From a virus (taxonomy: Duplodnaviria; Caudoviricetes): a stretch of DNA of 63,622 nt. The notes beneath the pieces were generated by a model. That model searched no databases. It worked only from the letters and a program-made list of their open reading frames with translations, and was not told the DNA's origin. Below are positions 9,264-19,460 of this stretch, piece by piece; the first letter of the stretch is position 1, and every line of letters begins with the position of its first letter. The position numbers and the translations under genes were made by a program. The stretch spans positions 1-63,622 of IMG/VR virus record IMGVR_UViG_3300045747_000073. The stretch is one strand, 5' to 3'.

Positions 9264-9742
9264 TTATTTTTCCTATTCAAAATATTGTTTCCTGCTGAGA
9301 CTAATCGTGCACCCGTAACACTTTTGTTACTGCTATAAATACCTAATATACCCGGTATCTGGTATAGGCGTACACCTGAATTGAGTAATTCCACGGCCCT
9401 GAGTGCGTGCTCTTCCGTGTAATTGTAAGCCTTGAATACGTCTGGGTTACCTTGTTTGTTGAACAGGGGTTTAAATAGCTTTATTGTCGAGCTTTCCTTT
9501 TGTAAGGCGGTCGGCCTATCTAACATTGTTTCTATAATTACGGCTACATCTGCCATAGTATAGCCCATATAATACAGATCGGTTATCCATTTAGTATGAT
9601 CTTCACTTCTGCTAGTGCCAGATGACGTTCCCGTTGCCCATGCACGGGATCCCGTTCCAATTCCTATATACATTATCTCACCAGTTTGTGGATCTATATG
9701 GTTATAGATGTAATACAACTCCTTCATGGGCCTCCTTAACAA
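9260..9742 (-). CDS. GIY-YIG-like endonuclease
   Basis: YYIYNHIDP...MYIGIGTGSRAW, conserved Glu and PLFN. Confidence 0.65.
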   Translation of the reverse strand: MLRRPMKELYYIYNHIDPQTGEIMYIGIGTGSRAWATGTSSGTSRSEDHTKWITDLYYMGYTMADVAVIIETMLDRPTALQKESSTIKLFKPLFNKQGNPDVFKAYNYTEEHALRAVELLNSGVRLYQIPGILGIYSSNKSVTGARLVSAGNNILNRKNK

Positions 9743-11925
9743 AAGAAATACTGACTGTTTTGGACATCGTTTATATCCAGTGATCCGAGAACTGGTTGTG
9801 TTGCTGAGAAGCTAGGTTTATACTCCATCAAGTTATCTTCGAGTAGATCAAAGAAGTTTTCTACATCATACTGAGCTATGAAGGTCATCTTAGTGATGTC
9901 CTGCAATAGATCAACGTCAGACGCATGACAACTAAAGCTATCATGTACCGCAGCGAATGACCCATTGAATGCTACAATGGTGTTGGCCATGTGAGCAGCA
10001 TCATAACTATGTACTACATTCGGGCTGATCCCCGAGGCGAATGATCTCCGGCATGGGATCTTCTCTCCGGTAGTCTTACCGACTACATCTATCTTAACCA
10101 CATGCATGATCCTGCCTGTCTTACTCCCGGGTAAACCCTTAATGGTTCCCCTCTGCTTGTGCTCATGCTGAAGGTTTGCCTTGTATACGACCGGGAAACC
10201 GCTAGGTGTCTTCCAAGACAACTCATTAGAGCCATTAGCGAGTTCATGCTCAGCCATCTTCTGAAGGTACTTAGTAGTCTTCAGTGGTCCTTGGCATACC
10301 TCGTTGATTGAGTCTATGAGCTTACCAGCCAACATCTCGCAGTCATCTTCGCTGATGTTGTACTTGTGGTTGAACCCTAGCATATGCAGATCATCGTACA
10401 TGTTAGAAGCTATCCGCTTCTTACCTGCTGAGTACGCACGAGTCATAGAGCCCCTCTTAGCAATGCCCTTGCGGATATGCTTCATGGGTATACCACGACT
10501 AGCGAACCAGTCAGGGAGTTTACCTACTAGGTTCTTAGCCACGGCTACGTAGAAGTCCTTCTGTACAGCTTCATTCGTGAGTGACACTAACGATCCTGCT
10601 GCTTTGTCCTTGGACATTGCTGCAAGGTGTTGCCAGCCATTGTTCGAACCATCGATACCCACGGGTAGCCCTGAGTAGTAAGGCTTGCCTAATGCTTGTG
10701 CTATGGTGTAGTTAAAGAGTTCTACACAACAAGATAAGAACCCATACGGCTTCTCTGCTTTAGGTGTCAACTGCTCAGCCTTACCCAACTTAGCAATCAT
10801 GCTATAGTTCTCGATAGTCCACTGAAAACGATCCTCCATCGTCATCTTGTCTACTGATATGGTGTCCAGACCTTCTTCTTCCAAGTACTTCCGGTAGTCG
10901 GTTGTCGTCCAGCTAGGGATCTCATTGATATCATATGATTGATTAAATGAGGTTGCAGCCTTGATGCATATCCACCGATAGCCACTCTTAGTAACCTCCT
11001 TTGTATCCTCAAACAAGAAAAGACTTCTCGCAAGGTCTCCCCCTTGATAAGACAAGAATGATTCAGTGTAGTACATACGCCCACGGTAGTCACAAGATAC
11101 CTCCTGATAGAATGTTTTATCCAGCAGCATTACTGCCTTCTTAATTACTTGCTCGTACTCGTACTTCTTGGAGATCAGTCGTTGTACTCGTGTGTCCCTG
11201 TGTCCAAGGAAGGGGGTGCCTTCGTAAGTGTATTCGCCCCTTGGGAGATCGCCAATTGGATACGAGCCGATAACGCCATCTCCATCAACAAGCTCGATAG
11301 TTGATTTTGGGCTTTCTGCAATTGCTGTGGCGAGTACTGCACCATTGATTTTCCATCCTTGCTGGCGTAGAACTTCCAAGGCTTTAACGAATCGCTCATT
11401 CAAACACTCCTTAAATTTATCTTCGTCAGTCCATCCCTTGATGAATGACTGGTGGGTTAGCGGGCTTTTAAGCCCCGATATCCTAGGTAACGGGACAAGG
11501 GATGTGCCAACGAGTACTGGCTTGATACTGTTAATGTCACCCTTGAGTAGCAGCATGTATGGCGCTTTGAAACCATCGTATGCCCTCTCGATATCTATCA
11601 AGTCATCCTGAAGAAAGGTTTCAATCAGGATGTCACCTAACGCAAGTATATCCTTAATATATGGGTCAATAAGCCGCAGCCTACTAGCCAGTTGAGTACC
11701 TATCATGGTGCTCACAAAGGTTAGTTTAACTGCGGCCATATGGGTTGCACTCTTATTACGGATACAGTACCGTGTTAATGAGTCCCATGCTTCCTCTACA
11801 ATTTCCTCCAATTCGAATTCCCATAATGGGTATTGTGCCAGAAGTAAACAACCTTGGTTGTACATTTTTTCTGACTCCGGTATTACCTTATTGACTCGTT
11901 GAGCCAAATAAACCGATGGATCCAT
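9736..11925 (-). CDS. T7-like single-subunit RNA polymerase (729 aa)
   Basis: DYRGRMY, IDGSNNGWQH, KRGSMTRAYS, SPNVVHSYDA, VHDSF. Confidence 0.95.
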   Translation of the reverse strand: MDPSVYLAQRVNKVIPESEKMYNQGCLLLAQYPLWEFELEEIVEEAWDSLTRYCIRNKSATHMAAVKLTFVSTMIGTQLASRLRLIDPYIKDILALGDILIETFLQDDLIDIERAYDGFKAPYMLLLKGDINSIKPVLVGTSLVPLPRISGLKSPLTHQSFIKGWTDEDKFKECLNERFVKALEVLRQQGWKINGAVLATAIAESPKSTIELVDGDGVIGSYPIGDLPRGEYTYEGTPFLGHRDTRVQRLISKKYEYEQVIKKAVMLLDKTFYQEVSCDYRGRMYYTESFLSYQGGDLARSLFLFEDTKEVTKSGYRWICIKAATSFNQSYDINEIPSWTTTDYRKYLEEEGLDTISVDKMTMEDRFQWTIENYSMIAKLGKAEQLTPKAEKPYGFLSCCVELFNYTIAQALGKPYYSGLPVGIDGSNNGWQHLAAMSKDKAAGSLVSLTNEAVQKDFYVAVAKNLVGKLPDWFASRGIPMKHIRKGIAKRGSMTRAYSAGKKRIASNMYDDLHMLGFNHKYNISEDDCEMLAGKLIDSINEVCQGPLKTTKYLQKMAEHELANGSNELSWKTPSGFPVVYKANLQHEHKQRGTIKGLPGSKTGRIMHVVKIDVVGKTTGEKIPCRRSFASGISPNVVHSYDAAHMANTIVAFNGSFAAVHDSFSCHASDVDLLQDITKMTFIAQYDVENFFDLLEDNLMEYKPSFSATQPVLGSLDINDVQNSQYFFC

Positions 11926-11934
11926 TAGATTCCT

Positions 11935-13542
11935 TTATGCGAAGTCTACCATTTCCTGTTTGTTCAATCGTCCAGTGCTAGTATTATAGCACACTTGCCC
12001 AGCATCTCCGGTGTCACCTGTGAACCGGGCCTTCAGTACTCGGAACTTGATGGTGTTCCTTTCAACAGCATCAGGCGCGATCATGTTACGGGCAAACGCA
12101 ACGATGTCAAAGCAGATCTGTTTGATACTGCCTGAGCCCTTGATGTCATCAAGTGACGGTAGCCGACCCTCTTCGAATGCCTTCTGGTCGTTCTTACCCT
12201 TACGTAGGTGACTGATAACACCAAGCCAGATATTGTGCTTCTTGACAAGCTTAAGTAAGTCACTCATCATAGCATCAATGGCTTCGTTACCTGTCTTGTC
12301 TCCCTGCCCCTCACTCACTGCAATGGTGATGTGGTCCAAGATGATGTGTTTACACCCCATGAGTGCTAGGTACTCCATCTTATCCACCAGTGACTCATCA
12401 CTCACTGAGCCTTGGTGATCCAGCAGTACGAGTCGTTCATCACCAAAGACAGCTTCGAAGGCTTCCTTCTGCTTATCCTCTGGCTGAGACTGTACAAGCC
12501 TTGTCTCCATCTTCATACCAATGAACTTCTCAGCGGTATCGCCCACTGACTCTTCCAAGGACACCATGCCTACCATGTTCTCGGTCTCTGATAGGATATC
12601 CAGTACAATCTCTTTGATCACAGTACTCTTACCAGACCCCGTGCCTGAGGTGAACAATACGATCTCACCCATACGCATACCGCCCAGCTTACTGTTCAGT
12701 TCATTCAGGCATTCAGGGTAGGGTACTGACACGGTATTCTTACGAGACTGGTACTGATCCCATACCTGCTGACCTCGAACGATACCTGCGGGTGAGAATG
12801 GTTTAGCATCAAAGACTGCAGCCATGATCGCGGATGAACCATGCTTGATGAGTACATCGCATGGATCCTTCTCAGGCAGGTTAGCTAGTCGTGCTTTATC
12901 GTAGCCAATTATCTTGGCAACCTCTGCTGCAGCCTTCTTACCCGGCTCATCCATGTCTAGCATTATGACTACTTCTTCGAACCCCCGTAGCCACTCTCGA
13001 TTATCTAGTATAAGCTTAGTTGCTGATGCGGAAGGTAGAGCGACGACCGGATAGAACTTCTGGTACTTATCATACTGAGCTTGTGCCACCGCGAGTGCAT
13101 CCAGTTCCCCTTCGGTGATAACGATTCTTCGACCTCCTGTGCATGTGGATTGGCCAAATAGTTGTATCCCATTGAAGTCTCCAATGATTTGAAACTTCTT
13201 AGGTAGCTCTCGCTGTTTGTAGGCCACGACCACACCATCCTTAGTGTATGGATAGAAGTGCGAATGGATAGTGCCATCTTCCGAGTAAGATACCTTAACA
13301 CCATAATGCTCAGCCACCACTTTAGTGATGCCTCGTTCTTTAAATCCTCTAGTGTCATATGATTTGATCTCGTCTAGTTTGTGCATTGAATAGTTCTCAG
13401 TCTTAAGTACGATAGCTGCGTTAGGATCGATTAATGATGACCTCTGACAGCTAAAACAGAAGCCCCATGTGTCGCCTTCTTTCCATGAGAAGGCATCATG
13501 GCTTGTACATTTAGGACAAGCAGATTGTAACCATCGTGACAT
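11935..13542 (-). CDS. T7 gp4-like primase-helicase
   Basis: Zn finger CPKC/CFSC, TOPRIM TEGELDA and DMDEPG, Walker A SGTGSGKS, ILDHI, VISHL, GSGSIKQ. Confidence 0.96.
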   Translation of the reverse strand: MSRWLQSACPKCTSHDAFSWKEGDTWGFCFSCQRSSLIDPNAAIVLKTENYSMHKLDEIKSYDTRGFKERGITKVVAEHYGVKVSYSEDGTIHSHFYPYTKDGVVVAYKQRELPKKFQIIGDFNGIQLFGQSTCTGGRRIVITEGELDALAVAQAQYDKYQKFYPVVALPSASATKLILDNREWLRGFEEVVIMLDMDEPGKKAAAEVAKIIGYDKARLANLPEKDPCDVLIKHGSSAIMAAVFDAKPFSPAGIVRGQQVWDQYQSRKNTVSVPYPECLNELNSKLGGMRMGEIVLFTSGTGSGKSTVIKEIVLDILSETENMVGMVSLEESVGDTAEKFIGMKMETRLVQSQPEDKQKEAFEAVFGDERLVLLDHQGSVSDESLVDKMEYLALMGCKHIILDHITIAVSEGQGDKTGNEAIDAMMSDLLKLVKKHNIWLGVISHLRKGKNDQKAFEEGRLPSLDDIKGSGSIKQICFDIVAFARNMIAPDAVERNTIKFRVLKARFTGDTGDAGQVCYNTSTGRLNKQEMVDFA

Positions 13543-13687
13543 AGTTAGTTCCAGTATTGTTTATCTTCAAGCTCTTCTCGACGTTTATAATCCTCTTTCT
13601 TGGTTGCTTTCTTCTTTACAAACTGCTGCTCACGTTCCTCGTGGTGATCCAAGGGGGTTTCTTCCTTGGGTTCTGGTTTTGATTTCT

Positions 13688-13885
13688 TCAATTCCCATGC
13701 TCCCGAATATAAGTGGCGGCTATTGCTAGCTGCTTGTCAGTAAAACCGATACCGTACAGATAACCCATAAGGAATATCTGGCTTTTACCGGGATCCCCTT
13801 CATGGCGATTTAGATAGCCCATGATATCGTAGAACGTGTGCTCTACGTCTTCCCTCTTATAGAGGTCTTCAACAAGCTTCTTCAT
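13688..13885 (-). CDS. Hypothetical protein (65 aa)
   Basis: Start overlaps the upstream stop (ATGA). Confidence 0.55.
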   Translation of the reverse strand: MKKLVEDLYKREDVEHTFYDIMGYLNRHEGDPGKSQIFLMGYLYGIGFTDKQLAIAATYIREHGN

Positions 13886-14310
13886 TCTTTAGGCTCGATA
13901 AATCGTACAGCAGCTACATTAGCATTCCAGAACATACGCTCCCCATTAGGTAAGAGTTGACGTGACAAGGCATCATACTTCCAGATGTACTTCGCTTCTA
14001 GGTAGGATGTCATTGATCGTGACTTGGTCCATGCTAGGATACGGAATACAAAGGAATCAACACCTTCCTTGCGGATGAACTGCTTGAGTTCCTTACAAGA
14101 GCTAGTGTACTTCTCCCAGTCACTCTCACGATAGATCTTCTTCTTACGTTTCTTACCTTCCTCGGTTATGCTTGTGTAAGTAGTAAGCTGCTTTCTTCCC
14201 ACGTATCTCCTCCCGGAGTCGATGTGTGTGATGAGGTAGATGAAAGCAAAATGATCTGGCTCTCGGGGTGTGTCACTGATCCAGTGTCCGTACTTGAAGT
14301 AGTCTTCCAT
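13882..14310 (-). CDS. GIY-YIG nuclease
   Basis: FIYLITH...RYVGRK, YTSS, YLEAK. Confidence 0.75.
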   Translation of the reverse strand: MEDYFKYGHWISDTPREPDHFAFIYLITHIDSGRRYVGRKQLTTYTSITEEGKKRKKKIYRESDWEKYTSSCKELKQFIRKEGVDSFVFRILAWTKSRSMTSYLEAKYIWKYDALSRQLLPNGERMFWNANVAAVRFIEPKE

Positions 14311-15023
14311 GTCAATCTTTCTTTAAGTTCTTCGAATGTCATAGGGCGCAGGTCTTCTAACCTGTCACGGATGTAAATACAGTTTACACACCTGACAAAT
14401 TCTTTCTTCCAGTCACCCGGCTGTTTAATAGACCATGTAGCCACTGTAGCGTCCCATAGTTTCTCTACAGGAACTGGGTCTAGGATCTTATTAGCCCCTA
14501 CTGGGCCTACCTTCCAGAGCCCTCGGATGTTGTCAGCCATGTCCCCGGTAAGGAACTGCTTGAACATGAACCGATAGGATTCTTCTGGTGTAGTCTGGTA
14601 TACTTCGTTCTTACGGAAGTTATGATGCCAACCTACTAGACCATTTAGATCTTTGTCGATGTGGCTAATTGTAAAGGTATCACCATTGAGGGCGGCATCC
14701 TTAGCAGTGATCCCACAAAAGTCGTCAGCCTCGCCACCATCACTCTGTACGCAGAAGGTTGCTGCATACGCATAGAGTTCCTTGAGTGTCTCTTTCTGCT
14801 CATCTGATAGGTTATCCTTTCTGTTTGCTTTGTAGTCATCAGTGCATTGATAACGAAAGTTGTCTTTGCCCTTGATGAATACGTATGCGGTATCTGCCTC
14901 GACCGATTGGATTACTGATTCGATCTTACTGACTAGATTCTTCTGATTCTTCTTGTGATCTTTGGATACACAAGATAGTTCGTAGATCATGGAGTCAGCA
15001 TCGATGATTGCTATGTGTGTCAT
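14166..15023 (-). CDS. 5'-3' exonuclease (T7 gp6/FEN-like)
   Basis: IDADS, NFRY, YKANR, EADD, IDKDL, GDMADNIRG. Confidence 0.92.
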   Translation of the reverse strand: MTHIAIIDADSMIYELSCVSKDHKKNQKNLVSKIESVIQSVEADTAYVFIKGKDNFRYQCTDDYKANRKDNLSDEQKETLKELYAYAATFCVQSDGGEADDFCGITAKDAALNGDTFTISHIDKDLNGLVGWHHNFRKNEVYQTTPEESYRFMFKQFLTGDMADNIRGLWKVGPVGANKILDPVPVEKLWDATVATWSIKQPGDWKKEFVRCVNCIYIRDRLEDLRPMTFEELKERLTWKTTSSTDTGSVTHPESQIILLSSTSSHTSTPGGDTWEESSLLLTQA

Positions 15024-15391
15024 AGATATTGCCTCAAATAGGTTCCAGCATTCTCAATTATCAGTAGGTTATCATCAAAGCTTCCTATCGCTGTGTTACA
15101 GCGGAAGCATAAGATACCTCTTACTTTTCCTGTGTTATGGCAGTGATCAACCTGCGCTGTCCCGGTTGCGAATGAAATAGGTTTATGACATATACCACAA
15201 CCACCTTTTTGTTCTGCCAGTAGTGCATCTCGTTCGGGGGTTAGGATACCATATGCTCGTTTGTTATGCTTGCATTGTTGGCACAGTTTGTTGTAGATGT
15301 ATCGGCCTAATTCTGGTCTCCAAGCAGGTTTAATTACTTGGTTGGAGCATCCTTCTGTTTTGCAAATAGCATTTGCTTTTGTTTCATTCAT
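15020..15391 (-). CDS. Recombination endonuclease VII-family (His-Me) nuclease
   Basis: CGIC...VDHCHNTGKVRGILCFRCN. Confidence 0.9.
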   Translation of the reverse strand: MNETKANAICKTEGCSNQVIKPAWRPELGRYIYNKLCQQCKHNKRAYGILTPERDALLAEQKGGCGICHKPISFATGTAQVDHCHNTGKVRGILCFRCNTAIGSFDDNLLIIENAGTYLRQYL

Positions 15392-15399
15392 AATAGTCC

Positions 15400-17241
15400 T
15401 TAATGCACTGCAAGGTAAGTCTTACCAGACTTAGATTCCCCTGCCATACAAGTTACATTAAACATTTTCGGCCCCTCCGTAAATGCTTCCGCCAATATTT
15501 CTTTAGTTCGTTCAACATCTTCGTCTTTAACAACAAACTCTGCTTCGTCATGGTAGTGCATTATAGGGTAGCTCATGATCCCTTCTTCAGCTAGCTTCCT
15601 GCTAGCCCACACCATAGCTGCCTTGCAAGTGATTGCTTCGGTCGTTTGTAACAGGTAGTTAAGCACTTGATGGGGAGACGCAACAAAGATAATTCTACCG
15701 TCTAACCCTCGGATGTGCGCCTTATCAGATCCAAATGCAGAGCCTGTTCGGGTGTACTCGTCTTCTAGGGTTGTTACTAATCGCTTCATCCCGGGTACCG
15801 AGTTCTGGAACTTTTCTTTCATCTGAGCACCTAGCTTAGCATCAGTCTTCCCAGTCAGAATGTTACCTAGCTTCCCTGCACCAGCACCAAACAAGTAAGC
15901 AAAGAAGAAAGGTTTGCTGGCTTTACGGGATACCCCCAAGGCATCGGCATTTCGTTGATGGATGTCCCCATGTACAACCTCCTTAGTGAACTCGTCGTTC
16001 CCTAGGTAGTGACACAGGGCACGTACTTGGCACCCGGCTGAGTCTGCTCCCACAATGCTTGTTCCCGGCTCACAAGTAAGCAACTCGCGAAGTTCTGCGC
16101 CGTAGGCTGAGTCTTCCCTTGGAATATTGCAGACAATCTCGTGCCTGCATCGAAAGCTCGGAGTCCCAATAGTCCACATACGTCCATGTAGTCGTCCATC
16201 ACTGTTCTTTGCAGCATCAATCCATCCTTCTAGAATGCCCTTGCGAGAGCGTATGGTATAGTATTCACTGATCATCATGGCTTCTGGGCCTAGCTTTTCG
16301 AGTGATGATTCAGTGATCTTAGGTGACTTATTGATCCATTTGTTACCAACCTTCTCCACATTCCACTCATCAGGAACCCACCCAATACTGTATAGGTAGC
16401 TCTTTACGATCTCAATTTGACCGATTTTACCTTGCTCAAAAGATACTCGGCTGTACTCACCTTCAATCGGACGATCGGTTCTTCCACGTTCTTCCTCAAT
16501 CCCGAAGTGCTTGACAGTAGCGAGGGTATAGCAACCGTCTTTTCTCCATGCGGGTTGCTTAGTAACTGTTCCATCGGTTCGGACGCACTGTAACCCGATC
16601 CTTGGTTCCAACACGCGTTCAATAGCTTCCAGTTTATCATCGATCTCTCCTAGTAGTTTGATAGCACCATCCATATCGAACTTCCAGCCTTTGTACTGGA
16701 TGTCTGCTTCGATCTTAGCAAACTCCATTTCCACTTCCAGTCCTTTACTGAATAGTGGGTACTTGGTCATAAGCTTCTGGGCTTGCTGGGTTAGCTCCTT
16801 GTATACCAAGACATTCAACTCAACGTCTCTGATGCAGTACGTAAGCATCTCTTGGGTGTACTGAGTGAAGTCACTGAATTCAAGCTTAGGGAACTTGAAT
16901 TTCTCACCCCACCCAGCTAGACCATGTTTGTGGTCCCTCTTGTACTGCAAGAGCATTGACATGATCCACGTATCAATCACCCTCACGGATGGCGCAGGTG
17001 ACCAACCTAGTACCTTCTTAAGCACCACGTTGTCAAACCCAATACAATTGTGCCCAAAGATAATGTCAGCTTTGTTCAACTCTTGCAAACCCTCGGCCAC
17101 TTTTGGTAGCTTAGGGTCGTGGTCTGAATAGGGTTTCACTTCTCCTGTATCAGGATTAACTAAAACAAGGCACCATATCTTGGTTACCCTGTCTAGTAGC
17201 CCGTCACATTCTACGTCATAACAATATCTTAATTTACTCAT
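15400..17241 (-). CDS. Family A DNA polymerase with 3'-5' exonuclease
   Basis: ExoI YDVECDG, GHNCIGFD, YCIRDV; motif A DSAGCQVR, B RKASKPFFFAYLFG, C YHDE; start reassigned to ATG 17241. Confidence 0.95.
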   Translation of the reverse strand: MSKLRYCYDVECDGLLDRVTKIWCLVLVNPDTGEVKPYSDHDPKLPKVAEGLQELNKADIIFGHNCIGFDNVVLKKVLGWSPAPSVRVIDTWIMSMLLQYKRDHKHGLAGWGEKFKFPKLEFSDFTQYTQEMLTYCIRDVELNVLVYKELTQQAQKLMTKYPLFSKGLEVEMEFAKIEADIQYKGWKFDMDGAIKLLGEIDDKLEAIERVLEPRIGLQCVRTDGTVTKQPAWRKDGCYTLATVKHFGIEEERGRTDRPIEGEYSRVSFEQGKIGQIEIVKSYLYSIGWVPDEWNVEKVGNKWINKSPKITESSLEKLGPEAMMISEYYTIRSRKGILEGWIDAAKNSDGRLHGRMWTIGTPSFRCRHEIVCNIPREDSAYGAELRELLTCEPGTSIVGADSAGCQVRALCHYLGNDEFTKEVVHGDIHQRNADALGVSRKASKPFFFAYLFGAGAGKLGNILTGKTDAKLGAQMKEKFQNSVPGMKRLVTTLEDEYTRTGSAFGSDKAHIRGLDGRIIFVASPHQVLNYLLQTTEAITCKAAMVWASRKLAEEGIMSYPIMHYHDEAEFVVKDEDVERTKEILAEAFTEGPKMFNVTCMAGESKSGKTYLAVH

Positions 17242-17771
17242 AGAATATCCTCGCCGTATTTCTCGGCATATAACCCTGATAGGCACCTAGCCTCAATCTC
17301 TACAGGGTCAAAGTAGTAGCATTCTCGATGATCTTTCTTGTCCCAGTGTGCACCCTGTACCTTAAATCCTTTTCTACCTGTAAGCTTTTGGCATACATGC
17401 ACCATCTCATGACAGAGGATTTCTACGTAGGCATGTTGGGTGTAGACGTTAGGCTCCCAGTTTTCAATCCAAGGATCACGTACTTGAACTAAGATCTTGT
17501 TGAAGTTTCTGGCTCGACCTATCTCGAATTCCCCTTCTATAGGCTCACACCAGATGGTTAAACCACTGGTTGGAGCATCGTCATCCATCTGGATTAGACA
17601 GAATTCGACCATGACCTTCTCTTGGGTGACTTCAAGGTGAAACCTCTCTACGTAGTCGGCAAGGATATTGTGGAATAGGGTTTTGATCTCACGGTGGTTG
17701 TTGGCTAGGGATGTAACGTGGACTTTGACGTTCTTAGGGTAGACTACAGGAGTCCGGACTTTGCTAGCCAT
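17238..17771 (-). CDS. HEXXH zinc metallopeptidase-like protein
   Basis: LCHEMVHVCQ and downstream YYFDPVEIEAR. Confidence 0.7.
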   Translation of the reverse strand: MASKVRTPVVYPKNVKVHVTSLANNHREIKTLFHNILADYVERFHLEVTQEKVMVEFCLIQMDDDAPTSGLTIWCEPIEGEFEIGRARNFNKILVQVRDPWIENWEPNVYTQHAYVEILCHEMVHVCQKLTGRKGFKVQGAHWDKKDHRECYYFDPVEIEARCLSGLYAEKYGEDIL

Positions 17772-17923
17772 TCTGGATCTGCCAGTTGGTTATGGTCAAC
17801 AATTTCATTGTATTTCCTTTGTATTTCGGCAAGATCAATTAGGGCTTTAGCGATTGGTTTCTTTTCCCAACCATCAAAGAATAGGGATACAATCAAGGTA
17901 TCCTCTTCGATTTCTAGTTTCAT
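17744..17923 (-). CDS. Hypothetical protein (59 aa)
   Basis: AAGGAA RBS directly behind promoter 17931-17947; translated by hand. Confidence 0.55.
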   Translation of the reverse strand: MKLEIEEDTLIVSLFFDGWEKKPIAKALIDLAEIQRKYNEIVDHNQLADPEWLAKSGLL

Positions 17924-17930
17924 GGTGGTT

Positions 17931-17947
17931 CCTTTAGGTACCGGCTA
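17931..17947 (-). promoter_or_regulatory. Putative phage RNAP promoter TAGCCGGTACCTAAAGG
   Basis: 17-bp family copy upstream of the polymerase/primase/RNAP block. Confidence 0.82.
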
Positions 17948-18142
17948 CTCGGCGTCTATTACATCAATCTCGTCTTCCGGCATGACGTAGAAGTTGTAGA
18001 TTTCTGCTGCAGCTTCTGCTAAGGCTACTCGCTGCTTCCAGTCATCTTGAAAGTCTCGGCTGAAGATTGGAATGCCTTCAGGTGTCCCAACCATCATCGA
18101 GATGAAGTTAAGCAGTTCTGCTTTGAATTTCTTATTTGCCAT
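17945..18142 (-). CDS. Hypothetical protein (65 aa)
   Basis: AGGAG RBS. Confidence 0.65.
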   Translation of the reverse strand: MANKKFKAELLNFISMMVGTPEGIPIFSRDFQDDWKQRVALAEAAAEIYNFYVMPEDEIDVIDAE

Positions 18143-18324
18143 TAATAGTTACTCCTAATAAATCGTTCGTAATATTGTTCCCAAATCAAAGGTTCTTTGT
18201 TTGTAGCCTTTTGCATACCCCTTGTCTTCAGCCATCACCTCTTTTTGTTGAAGCCATAGGAAGAATTCACCTTGGGTTGGCCGCTTAGTATTACCACATA
18301 ACCGTTTGTACATTTCTGTTTTAG

Positions 18325-19209
18325 TCACATATCCTCCGGTGATCTCATACCAAGAAATATCGGATGCCTAGGCTTGTCCTTAACACCGATAACGAATGAT
18401 TTATACTTTACAATTTGTCCTATGAATTCCCCTTTATTGTCCCAGAAGTGTTGTCTTCCTCGGGCATCAAAGCCGCTGCCAATGTTGAACTGAATGTTGG
18501 ATACAAGATCTTGAACAATGAGTGCTCCCATAGTCCCCTTTCCAACCATGCCTGCCTTGTGTATTGATCGGGAGGTTCTTCCAAGTTCGTTGGTGGTGGC
18601 TTCATTGGCATTGTGTTGTTCCTCTTCCATTCCGATGATTACTGCTTCACCATCTTCAAACCGTTTAAGCTTGTAGGTGTTGTTCTCCTTGAGAGTGGTA
18701 CGACCTTGTTTGTAGGGTGCGTCAGGGTTACGGATAATGATACCCTCGTAGCCCTTGTCTAGCTGCTCTTGTTCGTAGTCCAGTACAGCCAAGGAACCCA
18801 AGCACCATGCACCCTGAAGCACCCGGATGTTATCTGGTAATGCCCTTGCTCTGGTCAGCTCTTTGAGTGTTTGTTGACGATCATGGAACCCCTTATCACT
18901 CAGGAAGAAATCAAACACAAAGAAGTAGAAATGCTCGACTTTATCGTGACTCATTACGACAGAATTAGTGTCGCGATATACAGTAGGGCTGATAGCATCA
19001 CCAACAATCAATTCACCGTCATATCCACCCAAGCCAAGCTTAGTGAGTTCCTCTCGGATATGCTTGTTGGGTACATCTTTTAGTGTACGTGTCTTTGGAA
19101 CACCATCGATCACCAGACAACGAATCCCGTCAAGCTTTGGGAAGCACATGACGGGGTATTTGAGTGTGTCTAAGTCGGGTTTATCTCGGCAGAGAAGCAT
19201 TGGTTTCAT
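18325..19209 (-). CDS. lig: ATP-dependent DNA ligase
   Basis: KLDGIR, YDGEL, FVFD, YEGIIIR, KLK, GSGF. Confidence 0.95.
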   Translation of the reverse strand: MKPMLLCRDKPDLDTLKYPVMCFPKLDGIRCLVIDGVPKTRTLKDVPNKHIREELTKLGLGGYDGELIVGDAISPTVYRDTNSVVMSHDKVEHFYFFVFDFFLSDKGFHDRQQTLKELTRARALPDNIRVLQGAWCLGSLAVLDYEQEQLDKGYEGIIIRNPDAPYKQGRTTLKENNTYKLKRFEDGEAVIIGMEEEQHNANEATTNELGRTSRSIHKAGMVGKGTMGALIVQDLVSNIQFNIGSGFDARGRQHFWDNKGEFIGQIVKYKSFVIGVKDKPRHPIFLGMRSPEDM

Positions 19210-19460
19210 TCGAATGCCTTCCCGGGTGATGAGAACAGTTCAAATCCTTGGATTGGTGCGTAGTTTTTTCCACTTTCAGCGGTTACCCCGTAGTACAAGA
19301 CAACGTTCTTTGAGATTTCCGCTGACAGGCTAGTAACAATTGCCTTACGTACACCACCATTATACTTATGGTATACGGTATCACCAAGGTTAAAGTCAAA
19401 ATCAAGTTCGTATTTCATGTTAATCCTTAAAGTCAATCTCAACGTATTCAATATCAGCAT
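19206..19460 (-). CDS. Hypothetical protein
   Basis: Co-oriented ORF; true start probably MKYELDF. Confidence 0.55.
   Translation of the reverse strand: MLILNTLRLTLRINMKYELDFDFNLGDTVYHKYNGGVRKAIVTSLSAEISKNVVLYYGVTAESGKNYAPIQGFELFSSPGKAFE

Noticed and set aside
14166-14310. Programmed frameshift between the exonuclease and the GIY-YIG gene
   Set aside because: 145-nt overlap is explained by a low-information C-terminal run-on; no slippery site seen
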